Shown: positions 1 through 12,805, counted from the whole stretch's first letter. The stretch: DNA of 63,414 nt, filler included, from Octopus bimaculoides (GCF_001194135.2; 6 parts of 5 records of this genome joined end to end with filler, not necessarily neighbours in it); one strand, 5' to 3'. The notes: generated from the letters alone by a model not told the origin. Numbers and translations are program-made.

Positions 1-35
<35 letters not shown>

Positions 36-2934
36 TATATAATTATATATGTGAAAAAATAGATGCATACATGTGTGTGTGTGTGTGTGTGTTTGTGTGT
101 GTGTGTGCGTGCGTTTGCGTGTGCGTGCGTATGACCGCCACCGCACTACCTCCATTAAGCCAGAGTGTACTGGGAGATACGTATGCGTGATACAATTATC
201 ATTCTGATTCTGATGATTATAGAAAATAGAGACGTTGCAAGGACAGGGTGATAATGGCATACAGATGTTTGTAGAGTGAAATGACGTATGGGGGTGAATA
301 AAAATTCCGGTGATGAAAGAAGGCAAAATAAGGGCCAACAACGAGCAATACTTGACGTAAGAAAATGATGAAAGAGCGGCAGTTTGAAAACGGCAAAATG
401 CTGAGACAAGCAATAGGAAATAGCTAAATTGGTTGCGGGAGAAATTTGGGAAAGGAAATAAGATGTAACATAGAAGAGTGAAAACCAAGGAGGTAAGTAT
501 TGGGTAAAAAATAAAAAAGCAAGGAAAAGACTTTGGCAATGCAATAGAGAGATACAGAGAGACAGACAGACAGAGAGGGATGGGAAGAAAAATAGAGATT
601 TAGAGATAGATAGGTAAGTTTTATGTGGGAAAAGAAACGTGAGAAAAGAAACGCGAGAGGAGACAAATTTAGTTGTTTGTATACGATGGCCTTGAAGAGT
701 ATGCAAGAGTATATGTAATTACAATTAAAGAAACAATGAGAGCTAGGAAAGAGAGATTGAAGAAAAAAATAATAATTTATTATAGATTATTTTAGTGTAC
801 ATTTTTTATATATATATATTTAGGAAACAATTATTAAGGAAAGAAATACAAGGATATATTTTTTTCTCTATTTTTCTTTTCTCAATTGTTATGGTGATAC
901 AAAACAACTTCGTGTCGTTTCTAAAACATATGTTTCAAGAAATGTAAATGCTTTAAGATATCTTTCGGAACCATGTGACAAATATTTATTTTTTCGTTGA
1001 AAGAATAAGGAAAAAGACAACAAATGAAAATATTAGTCTTTGTAAATGAATTTTATTTAGCTAAATCAAACTTTTTTATACTTCTTCAGGCAAGAGTATA
1101 TTGTTCTGAAAGTGTATATTCAACAGCTATACTGCAGTTTTTATTACTCACTAGTATTATATTTCGACAGAATCCTTTGGTGCACAACGGAGGATTACGG
1201 AATATTTTAGTAAGCGTTGCGGGGAGTGTGTGCATGAGTTTTATTTGTTCGAATCTACATCGCTGGAGAAATAGTCAATTTAATTGACTTCATTCACTTA
1301 CTTATTTTTTCTATCCTGCTGGAATAAAAAGTAAATTTTATCAAAGTAGAAACTAAATATCAGCACAAGGTCACATTTTTGAGGGTAGTATAGACGCAGT
1401 GATGGACGAATAAGAAAGGATTTTGGTTTTTGCAATCATGAGATTCTGGGTTCGATTCACTGTGTAGAATCTTGAACAAGTGTCCTTTGTGCTTTGAGAG
1501 TGAAATTGGATTGACAGAAATTGTTCAGAAACCCGTTGGATGCAGCGTAGACTTAATTCAATAGCACAACCATGTCACATGCAGTTATTTTGATTTTTCC
1601 TGAAAGTAGCGTTAATGGTACACATGTTTGTGTAACAGTCAACGAGTTCCACACTAATTCAAGGAATAAACCTTCCGTTAATTGAACGACCGGAACACTT
1701 GTCGTCTAAACCGACGGAAATCTGCATTTAACTAGTACACTGTTTTATTGTCGACGAAAGGATAGAAGGTAATGTTAACCATAACGAATATTGGTTTCAA
1801 AATTTGATACAAGACCAGCAATCTTTTGTGGAGGGGGATAGCCGATTACTAATCTGGTACTTATTTTATCAACGCCGAAAGGAGGAATGGCGGAATAAGA
1901 ACTTAGTACGTGAACAGACGAAGCTAAATCATATGAAAAGTTTCGTCTCCCACTTCTCCTCTTCTCATAATATACTAATTTCTAATATAGGTTCTACTTC
2001 ATAAAAATAAGCGGAGGATATTATATAGTAATCATGTTGACGCTAGTATATGAATGGTGCTTATTTTAGCGAGTCTATACAACTGAACATCTCAGTGAAC
2101 TCGACTTTCCTCAGTAAGATTTACACTCACAACGTGAAAGAGACGTACCTGAAATACAGCTAAGTATTCTTTTCTGCCATTTGCCAAGTCACAAGCTTTT
2201 AACAATGTATTAATGTTCATAATCATGAAGACCGTAAAATAGCGAGTCAGTCAGATCGCTAGCTCTCCGAACAAAACGCTTAACACATTTCTTCCGACTA
2301 TCCTCTCTAAGTTCAGATTGATTTTGCCCTTCATTCCTCGTTTGCGGTCGATAAAATGTGTACTATTTGAGCAGTGGGTTTAATATAATTGACAACCTCC
2401 TTCCCTCAAATATCTGGCCTTGTGCCGAAATTTGAAACCATGACTATGAATGGCGTAAAAGGGATATCTAAAGAACTTCATAATCTTAAATACTGCACAT
2501 CGAAAGAGAAATTATCAGCGGTATTGGCGATAAGTTTCGATTTCCCAGTGAATCTATATAAAACAAATATTGACTGTATAGGCAAATTCCAATATTTCAG
2601 TTTATTTTATAGACCTCGGAACAATGAAAAGTGAAATCGACCCGAGCGAATTTTAGACACAGGACATAAAGAAGAGAAAAGAAATACTGCAAGGCATTTT
2701 TATCGGTACTCAACAAATTCTGTAAATTATTATTTTGATTTATTATAAATATACATGGCTTCAAGTTTAAAGCGTGTTTATATATAGCCGATAAATCGAT
2801 CCAGTGTTTTACTACCACCTTATTCTTCGATACGTGAAGAATAAAAAGGATTGTTGACATTGGTGGAACTTGAAATTAGTGGTTCACTCTACCAACTACG
2901 CAAATACTCCGCCTGCCCTAAGTAAAAAAAAAAA

Positions 2935-2935
2935 C

Positions 2936-3003
<68 letters not shown>

Positions 3004-3097
3004 AAGAAGAAGAAGAAGAAGAAGAAGAAGAAGAAGGAGGAGGAGGACGACGACGACGACGACGACAACAACAATAACAATAACAACAACAACAACA
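2935..3097. repeat. Compound trinucleotide microsatellite (AAT)(AAG)(GAG)(GAC)(AAC)
   Basis: Read directly. Confidence 0.95.
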
Positions 3098-3099
3098 AT

Positions 3100-3310
3100 C
3101 TTTTCTATTACAAGCATGAGGCTTGAAATTTTGGAGGAGTTAGGTAGTCAGTTACATCAACCCCGGTGCTCAAATGTTATTTATTTTATCGCCCCCGAAG
3201 GGATGAAGGGCAAAGTCAAGGTCGGCGGAATTTAGACTCAGAATGTAAAAGCCGAGCAGAAATATCGCCTGGTATTTTGCTTCGACCTGCTAACGATTCT
3301 GCTAGTTCGC
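3100..3310 (-). mobile_element. SINE family B copy whose tail is the compound repeat at 2935-3097
   Basis: gggatgaagggcaaagtcaaggtcggcggaatttagactcagaatg...gctaacgattctgctag. Confidence 0.75.
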
Positions 3311-3694
3311 AATAAAAATTTAGGCACAAGGCCAGCCCAAGCAAGACATGGACATGGCATCACATTTTTATATACCATCCCACCCGCTGTAACAGAAGCA
3401 AATTAAAACCGTGCTAAACACCAAAATGATGTTGATTTCTAATTTTGGTACAAGGCCAGAAACTTCGGGGGAGGGGGTTTGTCGATTTACATGACCCTCG
3501 TGCTCAACTGGTACTTAGATTATCGACCCTGAAGGAATAAAAGACAAAGTCAAATTCGACCTCGGAGGATTTGAACTCATAATCTAAAGACGGACGAAAT
3601 GCTGCTAAGCAATTTGTCCGGCATGCTAATGATTAAGCCAGCTCGGCGCTCTAAGCACCTAAATAATATTATTCTCTAATTCCTTTTTTTTTTT

Positions 3695-4110
3695 TTATTC
3701 TTTTACTTGTTTCAGACATTTGACTGCAGCCATCCTGAAGCACCGCCTTAAAGGGGTTTTAGACGAAAAAAAACCNNNNNNNNNNTTAGACGAAAAAAAA
3801 CCGACACCAGGACTTATTCTTTGTAAGTCTAGTACTAATTCAAACGGTCACTATTCTCGAACCGTTAAGTTACTGGGACGTAAACACACCAATATCGGTT
3901 GTCAAGCGATGGTGGCAGGGACAAATACAGACACAAAGACACACATAAATATGTACATATATATATATATATCTATAGAACAGTCTTCTTTTCAGTTTCC
4001 ATCAACCAGATCCACTAGGGCTTTGATCGGCCCGAGGCTATAGAAGAAGACACTTGCCCAAGGTGCCATGCAGTGGTTGAGAAACAAGCTTTTTGCCACA
4101 CAGCCACGCC
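3695..4110 (-). mobile_element. SINE family A copy
   Basis: Reverse complement of the 14536 element (ttttacttgtttcagacatttgactg ... cacagccacgcc). Confidence 0.85.
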
Positions 4111-5562
4111 AAATATTTAAAAATATATAGTTTACCAATTAATGTAATCCTTAGAAAAGAAGTACATATGAATACGACTACATGCATACATACATACATA
4201 CATACATACATGCATACATGATTACAAACAGATCCCAAACAACTGTGTACCTTCTTTTTTTAGGTATATATGTGTGTGTGTTTAGAGGCAAAATCGGTCA
4301 GTAACGTATTGGGCAACTCGTTCACGAGCTGTTGAGCCTGTTTTCATAAGATAGATTGATAAGTACTTCTAGATCAATAACATATTACATAACAATTCTA
4401 TGCCTGAATTGCCTCAACTACGGAGAATACGTAATAGTTTTCCAAGCACCAATTTGTCTTGCAATAGGTTTGGTACCATCATCACCAAAGTGGTTTCTTT
4501 TAGCTCTCACCGACTTAATTCTACGAGCAATGAACAAATCAATACACATTTTTTTTATAATCATGTAGTCTGAGGGCATAGGGACACAGTCACCAATTCC
4601 ATCGCGGATGCTTACACACATGCTAACACAAATACGCACACACGCGCGCATACATGCGTGTTTGTGTGTGTATGTATGTGTGTCTCTGCACGTATGCGCG
4701 TTCCCGCGAGCGTGAAAAGACTGATATTCCTCTCACTCACTAGAAGCACTGCTTGCGTCACGGTGTCTGTTCGGTGCAGTAAGTATTCGTTCAATTATTA
4801 TTGTATGTACGCCCTGCAATGTAACATAAGTCGTGGAAATGAGAAGCCTTGATGTAACTCTATTATGATTAATTTTCATGCAGTCAAAGACCTGAGTAAA
4901 GCTATAAAAGCGAAGTGGAGGGAAGGGAATCAGATGATAATGGAGAATGAAGAGCGAAGGACCAGGGCGGGCAGAGACAAAGAGAGAAGCTGGGACAGAA
5001 AGAAAAATATGTAACCAAATTATGTGAACGAGAGAGGAAGAGGAGGATATAGCAGGGAGGGGAATTATGGCGATTCGGAAGGGAAACAAAATACTAGAAG
5101 ACTAGAAATATACATAGAGCATCAGGTTGATGCAGTGCTTGGTTATTAGAGCCTCTGAATAAAAGAGAAACGAAGCAAAGAGAGGGTGGGGGAGTGAGAA
5201 AGGGAGATAACCAAGCAGTACTGCAAAATATATGTGTAAAAGATAACGTAGATTAAGAAATATAAACATGCAGAAAAGAAGGGAAAGAAACGAGATATAA
5301 GGACGGCGTAAGATAGAGAAGGGTAAACAGAAATGGGAGAAATGAATGGACGGAGGGGATGTAAAATATAGAGGAGGAATAAGACACTGATAATGTGGGT
5401 GTGCGGGATATAGAAGGGAAGAATGGACATATAAATAGAATTCGAGGACTGTGAAAGGACAGAAGAAGCTGGGAAAAACCACCAAGAAAACTGTGGAAGC
5501 TAGGGAATAAACGACAGAAATTCCAGAAGAATAAGTGCATCCATTAATACATATGTAAACGC

Positions 5563-5699
5563 ATGCACACATACATGCATACATATATACATGCATGCAT
5601 ACATACATACATACATACATACATACATGCATGCATACATACATACATACATGCATGCATACATACATACATACATACATGCATGCATGCATGCATGCA

Positions 5700-5733
<34 letters not shown>

Positions 5734-5767
5734 CATACATCCATACATACATACATATATACATATA

Positions 5768-5801
<34 letters not shown>

Positions 5802-5895
5802 CATACATACATACATACATACATACATACATACATGCATACATACATACATACATACATATGCAAGTAGGTAGGTAGGTAGGTAGGTAGGTAGA
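5563..5895. repeat. (ACAT)n then (AGGT)n tetranucleotide microsatellite
   Basis: Read directly; source of the spurious MYVC/HTYI ORFs. Confidence 0.95.
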
Positions 5896-6829
5896 GGGGA
5901 AAATAGGCAACCAAATAAACAGTTGAATATACAGACGGACAGACGAATAAACAGATAGACAGAGTAGAGATGGATACAGAAGGAGGTAAAGGTCATCAGT
6001 GTGTAATTCAATAACAGCTTTAAAATGAAACTACTAACGATGTTATTGTAGGATACTTCATTATGGATATTACGCTTGAATGCATTCGTTAAACATATAT
6101 GTGGTAGCACCAGATGATGATGGTGATGATGATGATGATGACGACGACGACGGGGAGGAGGAAGAAAGAATATTGGTGCTGTTAGTATTGATGGATGAAA
6201 TTTTGGTGTTGGTTGTAGTAGTGGTGGTGATGATATTGATGATGATATCACCAATTAAACTATATCAAACGCAATATAATTAAAAAAAAACAAAGGAAAA
6301 TTAATAGTAACCGGAAAGAGGTTCCATTTGCTAGACAAGAACTTTTTTCTTCCTCGGTATGAACATGCGTAGAATTCGGTCGACGCAAGTATCCGCCCAC
6401 CACTTCTTACTAGCAAGCACGAAATAAATATTTCACCCCTTATCTATAGCGCATCTCTACTGTTTAGTGTACACTATGAAGTCCTCCTTTATTCTGAAAG
6501 GGCCTGCAAGTATATAGAATTCACATTCTTCCCGACTCCCTTCTCCTGCTTGGTTCAAAATCTTCATTTCTACTTCCCCTAAAATTCATCCCCTGTATTT
6601 AACACTTTGAATTTATCGAATTAGTTGTAACTATTACATTAAAGGTAAAGTCCCCCTTCAGTGATGAATGACCATGGGATTGCACCTAGAAAGTTACCTT
6701 CCGAGGCACAAGTCCGAGCAAGTTTGTTTATAGAATACCAACAGTCGCCCATGCATATCAGCCTCCCTTCTCCACGCCACCGATCATTCATTAAATGAAT
6801 CGTATGCTGCGGTCAGTTAACAAATATAA

Positions 6830-7190
6830 CAAATAAGCACGATCTTCAGAGACGGGAGTTATAGAGAAGAGTTTTGAGATCAACTCTGACATCTGGGAAA
6901 GACAGGCACAAGACCGCCTGCCTGGTGAAGCTGCACTGAGTTGCCACCTCTCACGGACAGAACAGGATTGCAGGGGTAAAGAAGAAAAAAAAAAGCGAAC
7001 TACACAAAACCAGAGTCAACTCTTTGCCTTCGGTCCTTCGGTCCCAGTAGACCACAAGTGCCCGAGCCGCAGCGGATCCTTCCAAGTAAGCAATAGGACT
7101 AATTGGCCACAGCCGGATACACCGTGTCCCGTCTTCTCCCAAGTGATGTCCTTGGTCATCGTCGACAACGACGGACCAACTAATAATAAA
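6830..7190 (+). mobile_element. RTE/BovB-like LINE 3' end with a trinucleotide tail
   Basis: Frameshifted ELHKTRVNSLP...DHKCP...IGLIGHSRIH (the C-terminal CxxC..RIGL.SH.R.H motif), then gtcatcgtcgacaacgacggac and a (GAA)n/(CAA)n tail. Confidence 0.7.
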
Positions 7191-7192
7191 CA

Positions 7193-7368
7193 GAAGAAGA
7201 AGAAGAAGAAGAAGAAGAAGAAGAAGAAGAAGAAGAAGAAGAACAACAACAACAACAACAACAACAACAAGAACAAGAAGAACAAGAAGAAAAAGAAGAA
7301 GAAGAAGAAGAAGAAGAAGAAGAAGAAGAAGAAGAAGAAGAAGAAGAAGAAGAAGAAAAAGAAGAAGA
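7193..7368. repeat. (GAA)n/(CAA)n microsatellite
   Basis: Read directly; follows the RTE 3' end. Confidence 0.95.
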
Positions 7369-7494
7369 CCTCTGGTAACAGCGAATAGTCCCCATTATTA
7401 GATAACCATCCGTTTATCTTATACCTAGCGCACAACCGTATATACACACACACATATACACACACATACGTACATACATACATACATACATACA

Positions 7495-7525
<31 letters not shown>

Positions 7526-7962
7526 GTACACATTAATGTGGAGGTGTGTAGTAAATGGTGAATAAAGTTAGGACTAAAGACAATGAAGTTAAAAGAAAGA
7601 AATTTACACTGTTTCCGCTTCAAAGAGTATTTCAAAGATATGTGCGGTGATTATGTCCTGGTTCTATTAAAGGGCAGTAGACTGCCATGAAGGAGAGTTT
7701 TGAATGCAATGTTTATGGAGACAGTGAAAGTTTGACATCAGCTTTTTTTAACTTGGCTGTGATTGATGCGCAAGTACGAAAGGTTACGGACGAAACAATG
7801 GCATTATAATCTGCTTAGCATTGTAGCATAAGGCCTATTATTAGGTACATAATCTATTAGACTGAACACAGTGTATAACTGAACAAAATGTTAATATATC
7901 TAATGCAGTGATCATGTAAAAGAAAATTTAAAATAATTATGTTCTTTTATAATTAATATTCT

Positions 7963-8937
7963 TTTATTCTTTTAATTGTTTCAGTCACTTGACTGTGGCC
8001 ATGCTGGAGCACCGCCTTTACTCGAACAAATCAACCCTATTACTTATTCTTTGTAAGCCTAATACTTATTCTATCGGTCTGTTTTTCCGAACTGCTAAGT
8101 TACGGGGATGTAAACACATCAACATCAGTTGTCAAGCGATGATGGGTGGGGGACAAACACAGGCACACAAACATATATATATACGGCGGGCTTCTTTCAG
8201 TTACCGTCTACCAAATCCACTCACTTTGATCAGCCCGAGGCTATAGTAGAAGACACTTCCCTAAGGTGCCACGCAGTGGGACTGAACCCGGAACCATATG
8301 GTTGGTAAGCAAGCTACTTTATTTTATTATATTGGCTATGAAAGCCGTACACAGATTAAGTAGCTGCGGGCTGGACAAAGACATTAATGAGATGAGATGA
8401 ATGATGAACACGATGATATTAATGGGAGAAGGCAGAAGTCGCCCCACGAACGCTGCTTCTCTAAAAAATTGTTCTTTTATAAATTTACATATAAATTTAC
8501 AAATTGAGGCTAGAAACCTCTTACCACAATTTCAATTTACACCATGCCTTTGAAATGAGGCACTTGCCTCTTGCAATTTTCTTTTCATGGGCCACATGCC
8601 CTTTCAATATGAGGCACTCGTCCTCTTACACTTTTCCGCCCTGCTTTCACCCGACCAGGCTCAGTGCCTCACTCAAGCACCTCGATGGTTCTAGATCGGC
8701 CCACTTCAGCAAGGAGCGGAATGCGTCCTCGGGGAAGGAGTCTATCACCCTGCACAAGTCTCTTTCCCACACAACCTCCGCAGCCACCAGCAGAGGCCAA
8801 TCAGGCCACCAGCAGAGGCCAATCAGGTGAGGATCCCTCCCCTCCGACCTTTCCTAGCAAACTTCTTGACAAATTCTTGAACTGCCCCTCTCTTGTAGAA
8901 AAGGATTAGAAGCTACTTACCACACGGCTACTCCTGC
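7963..8937 (-). mobile_element. SINE family A copy split by the 8320-8909 insertion
   Basis: Body at 7963-8319; the head remainder accacacggctactcc lies at 8919-8937. Confidence 0.8.
8320..8909 (-). mobile_element. 5'-truncated non-LTR element (possibly L1/Tx1-like) inserted into a SINE
   Basis: Flanked by the 9-bp direct repeat AAGCTACTT (8311-8319, 8910-8918), with the SINE resuming on the far side. A-rich tail on the minus strand, GC-rich body and an internal perfect 22-bp duplication (8783-8826). The clade assignment is tentative. Confidence 0.7.
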
Positions 8938-9142
8938 AAGTGCATATTTTAGTTCTACTAAACCACCTCAGCTATGCATAGGTTTATTCCTACTAACAAT
9001 ATATAATTGATACGCTCTCTTTTAGTTCGGTAAGCCAAAACATTGTAATACGTTTGCTTAGCTGTATTTTCCTTAAAATTACTCATCAATTAATATACGT
9101 GTGTATATCTGTGTGTGCTTGTGTGTGCGTGTGAGTGTCTGT

Positions 9143-9193
<51 letters not shown>

Positions 9194-11236
9194 TATAATA
9201 CCATTATGTACTTTTTGATAACAGTTTCATGCAGCTCCATATGGCTTAAAGCATTTTGAGCTTGCAAGACGCTCCCATCTCATCAGATAACCGGAGCTGA
9301 ATCAAACGGTTTTTTAAAGGTATATTTATATAACTCCTATCAAAGGTGTTGAGTGCCACGTTTTCGTGTGTCCACTAGTATATATACATATATTATATAA
9401 TGTTATATGTTATATATATATATGTATTATACACGCGCGCACATACACATGCACACACACACACGCACACACACACACGCACACACACACGCACACACAC
9501 ACACACATGCTCACACACATGCTCACACACATGCTCANNNNNNNNNNCTCACACACACATATATATGTGGGTGTCGGGGGGGGGGGGGAGATTGTGTTTC
9601 TGATCTGAATGTCAGTTATAATTACTGAAATGTTCTCTAACGATTTACTATTGTCTAGGTACATGTGGGAATATTTCGACTCAGTATGGCAAGCTACGGA
9701 ATCAATTCGCAGATGATGCACATTACATTTGGATTTACTTCCATATGTAGATTCTTAACAGCTAGGGACTTTGACCCTCCACGGGACTGGTGCATAGTCA
9801 GATGTGAAATTTTTCACTCTGTATCTGATAGACAAGCCAGTATTTTAGTAAGTCGATGCTTGCCAAGATTTAACTCTCACAACACATGTATTAGAATAAG
9901 TAATAATAGTCAACTTGAGGAGAAACAGGTATGATGTTTAAATATGTTTCCAGTAAAACTCGTTGTCAAACAAAGTGTTGAGACGCAATTGTACAGATGG
10001 AAATAACTACGCAATACAACACATGAGATAGCTAAACATAAGTCTGAATACATTAGCTTTTAGCACGTCACTCACTCTCTAATCTCTCTCTTCCAAATTC
10101 TCTCTCTCACACTATATATATATATATATNNNNNNNNNNNNNNNNNNNNNNNNNNNNNNNNNNNNNNNNNNNNNNNNNNNNNNNNNNNNNNNNNNNNNNN
10201 NNNNNNNNNNNNNNNNNNNNNNNNNNNNNNNNNNNNNNNNNNNNNNNNNNNNNNNNNNNNNNNNNNNNNNNNNNNNNNNNNNNNNNNNNNNNNNNNNNNN
10301 NNNNNNNNNNNNNNNNNNNNNNNNNNNNNNNNNNNNNNNNNNNNNNNNNNNNNNNNNNNNNNNNNNNNNNNNNNNNNNNNNNNNNNNNNNNNNNNNNNNN
10401 NNNNNNNNNNNNNNNNNNNNNNNNNNNNNNNNNNNNNNNNNNNNNNNNNNNNNNNNNNNNNNNNNNNNNNNNNNNNNNNNNNNNNNNNNNNNNNNNNNNN
10501 NNNNNNNNNNNNNNNNNNNNNNNNNNNNNNNNNNNNNNNNNNNNNNNNNNNNNNNNNNNNNNNNNNNNNNNNNNNNNNNNNNNNNNNNNNNNNNNNNNNN
10601 NNNNNNNNNNNNNNNNNNNNNNNNNNNNNNNNNNNNNNNNNNNNNNNNNNNNNNNNNNNNNNNNNNNNNNNNNNNNNNNNNNNNNNNNNNNNNNNNNNNN
10701 NNNNNNNNNNNNNNNNNNNNNNNNNNNNNNNNNNNNNNNNNNNNNNNNNNNNNNNNNNNNNNNNNNNNNNNNNNNNNNNNNNNNNNNNNNNNNNNNNNNN
10801 NNNNNNNNNNNNNNNNNNNNNNNNNNNNNNNNNNNNNNNNNNNNNNNNNNNNNNNNNNNNNNNNNNNNNNNNNNNNNNNNNNNNNNNNNNNNNNNNNNNN
10901 NNNNNNNNNNNNNNNNNNNNNNNNNNNATTATTTTGTTTAAAAGAGTTCCAATACTGTCTGTTTTTTATGTTTTATTTATATTCCTGCAGAACCAATGTG
11001 GGGTATAGAATATGGAATATACAATATATAATATAATATACAATATATAATATAAAATAAAATAAAATAAAAATGGATGGCACCATGAAAGAAAGTATTG
11101 AATGTAGATGAAATATTGAGTGTTCAATATAAAGGATCAAATATACAAATATATAAATATAAATATATAAAGGCGACTCGAGTTTCAGGGCTATTTCCCT
11201 TCGTCATGGCCGGTATGACAGACTTTAATATATATA

Positions 11237-11549
11237 CGTCACTAGAGCGACTAAGGGCGATCAGCACCAGTATTGCTAGAGATAGGAGTTAAAACAACTC
11301 ATAACCATGAAAATGCACTTTTCTTAATGACTAAAAAAACAGGCAAGGAATTTCGCTTGTTTATTAATGATCGTCGAGCATTAATAAAAATGCGAAATCA
11401 CTGGTGACCTGGCTATGCCCGGATGCTGTAAGGAGCTTGCCTCCCTTGATAGTCATTAAGATAAGTGCTTTCTTGTCGCTACGAGATGATTTAGCTCCTA
11501 TTTCTAGCAATACTGGTGATGGCTAGCGCACCTACTCGCTTTACTGACG
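11237..11549. mobile_element. Foldback MITE with ~120-bp imperfect TIRs at a TA site
   Basis: TA-CGTCA...TGACG-TA ends. The left arm caccagtattgctagagataggag...gcacttttcttaatgacta matches the reverse complement of the right arm. An inner hairpin sits near 11350-11400. Confidence 0.75.
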
Positions 11550-11654
11550 TATATATTTCTGCATTTCAGTTGTAAAATTGCGAATAAGCCACCCTTATTA
11601 ATGTGTGTGTGTGTGTGTGCGTGTGTGCATTTGTGTGTGTGTATATACATGTGT

Positions 11655-11697
<43 letters not shown>

Positions 11698-12617
11698 NNN
11701 NNNNNNNNNNNNNNNNNNNNNNNNNNNNNNNNNNNNNNNNNNNNNNNNNNNNNNNNNNNNNNNNNNNNNNNNNNNNNNNNNNNNNNNNNNNNNNNNNNNN
11801 NNNNNNNNNNNNNNNNNNNNNNNNNNNNNNNNNNNNNNNNNNNNNNNNNNNNNNNNNNNNNNNNNNNNNNNNNNNNNNNNNNNNNNNNNNNNNNNNNNNN
11901 NNNNNNNNNNNNNNNNNNNNNNNNNNNNNNNNNNNNNNNNNNNNNNNNNNNNNNNNNNNNNNNNNNNNNNNNNNNNNNNNNNNNNNNNNNNNNNNNNNNN
12001 NNNNNNNNNNNNNNNNNNNNNNNNNNNNNNNNNNNNNNNNNNNNNNNNNNNNNNNNNNNNNNNNNNNNNNNNNNNNNNNNNNNNNNNNNNNNNNNNNNNN
12101 NNNNNNNNNNNNNNNNNNNNNNNNNNNNNNNNNNNNNNNNNNNNNNNNNNNNNNNNNNNNNNNNNNNNNNNNNNNNNNNNNNNNNNNNNNNNNNNNNNNN
12201 NNNNNNNNNNNNNNNNNNNNNNNNNNNNNNNNNNNNNNNNNNNNNNNNNNNNNNNNNNNNNNNNNNNNNNNNNNNNNNNNNNNNNNNNNNNNNNNNNNNN
12301 NNNNNNNNNNNNNNNNNNNNNNNNNNNNNNNNNNNNNNNNNNNNNNNNNNNNNNNNNNNNNNNNNNNNNNNNNNNNNNNNNNNNNNNNNNNNNNNNNNNN
12401 NNNNNNNNNNNNNNNNNNNNNNNNNNNNNNNNNNNNNNNNNNNNNNNNNNNNNNNNNNNNNNNNNNNNNNNNNNNNNNNNNNNNNNNNNNNNNNNNNNNN
12501 NNNNNNNNNNNNAATTACGATGAACGTAAACAAACAAACGAAGTTTACTTTAGAAGCGTTGAAATGTCTTAGAAAGTTTAAAGAAGTAATTTTAAATTCT
12601 CAAACGTAGGACATAGA

Positions 12618-12766
12618 ATAATGCTAATAATACAGCCTGAACAGGATAAGCTGCCCCTATTTTGCAGAAAAAAGTGTTGGTGGCCTGCTATGAGATCGAT
12701 AGCCGGCCGCCAACACTTATTTCTGCAAAATAGGGATAGCTTATCGTGATCAGGCTGTATTATTGG

Positions 12767-12772
<6 letters not shown>
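12618..12772. repeat. Long inverted repeat (74-bp arms, 7-nt loop), probable MITE
   Basis: Hand alignment of 12618-12691 against the reverse complement of 12699-12772 gives 9 mismatches and no indels. Abuts a (TA)n run. Confidence 0.85.

Positions 12773-12805
<33 letters not shown>

Noticed and set aside
155-706. 183-aa hydrophobic minus-strand ORF
   Set aside because: It is the reverse translation of a GA-rich low-complexity tract (F/L/S bias) with no recognisable domain.
3760-3802. Direct repeat ttagacgaaaaaaaacc on both sides of 10 N; similar cases at 9538 and 27624
   Set aside because: Typical of overlapping contig ends at a minimal gap, so likely an artefact.
5102-5914. Long ORFs such as the 270-aa MYVCMYVC product, and similar ones at 15.5k, 22.6k, 47.6k and 59.3k
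   Set aside because: They are translations of (ACAT)n, (TA)n and (CA)n microsatellites, which lack stop codons in several frames.
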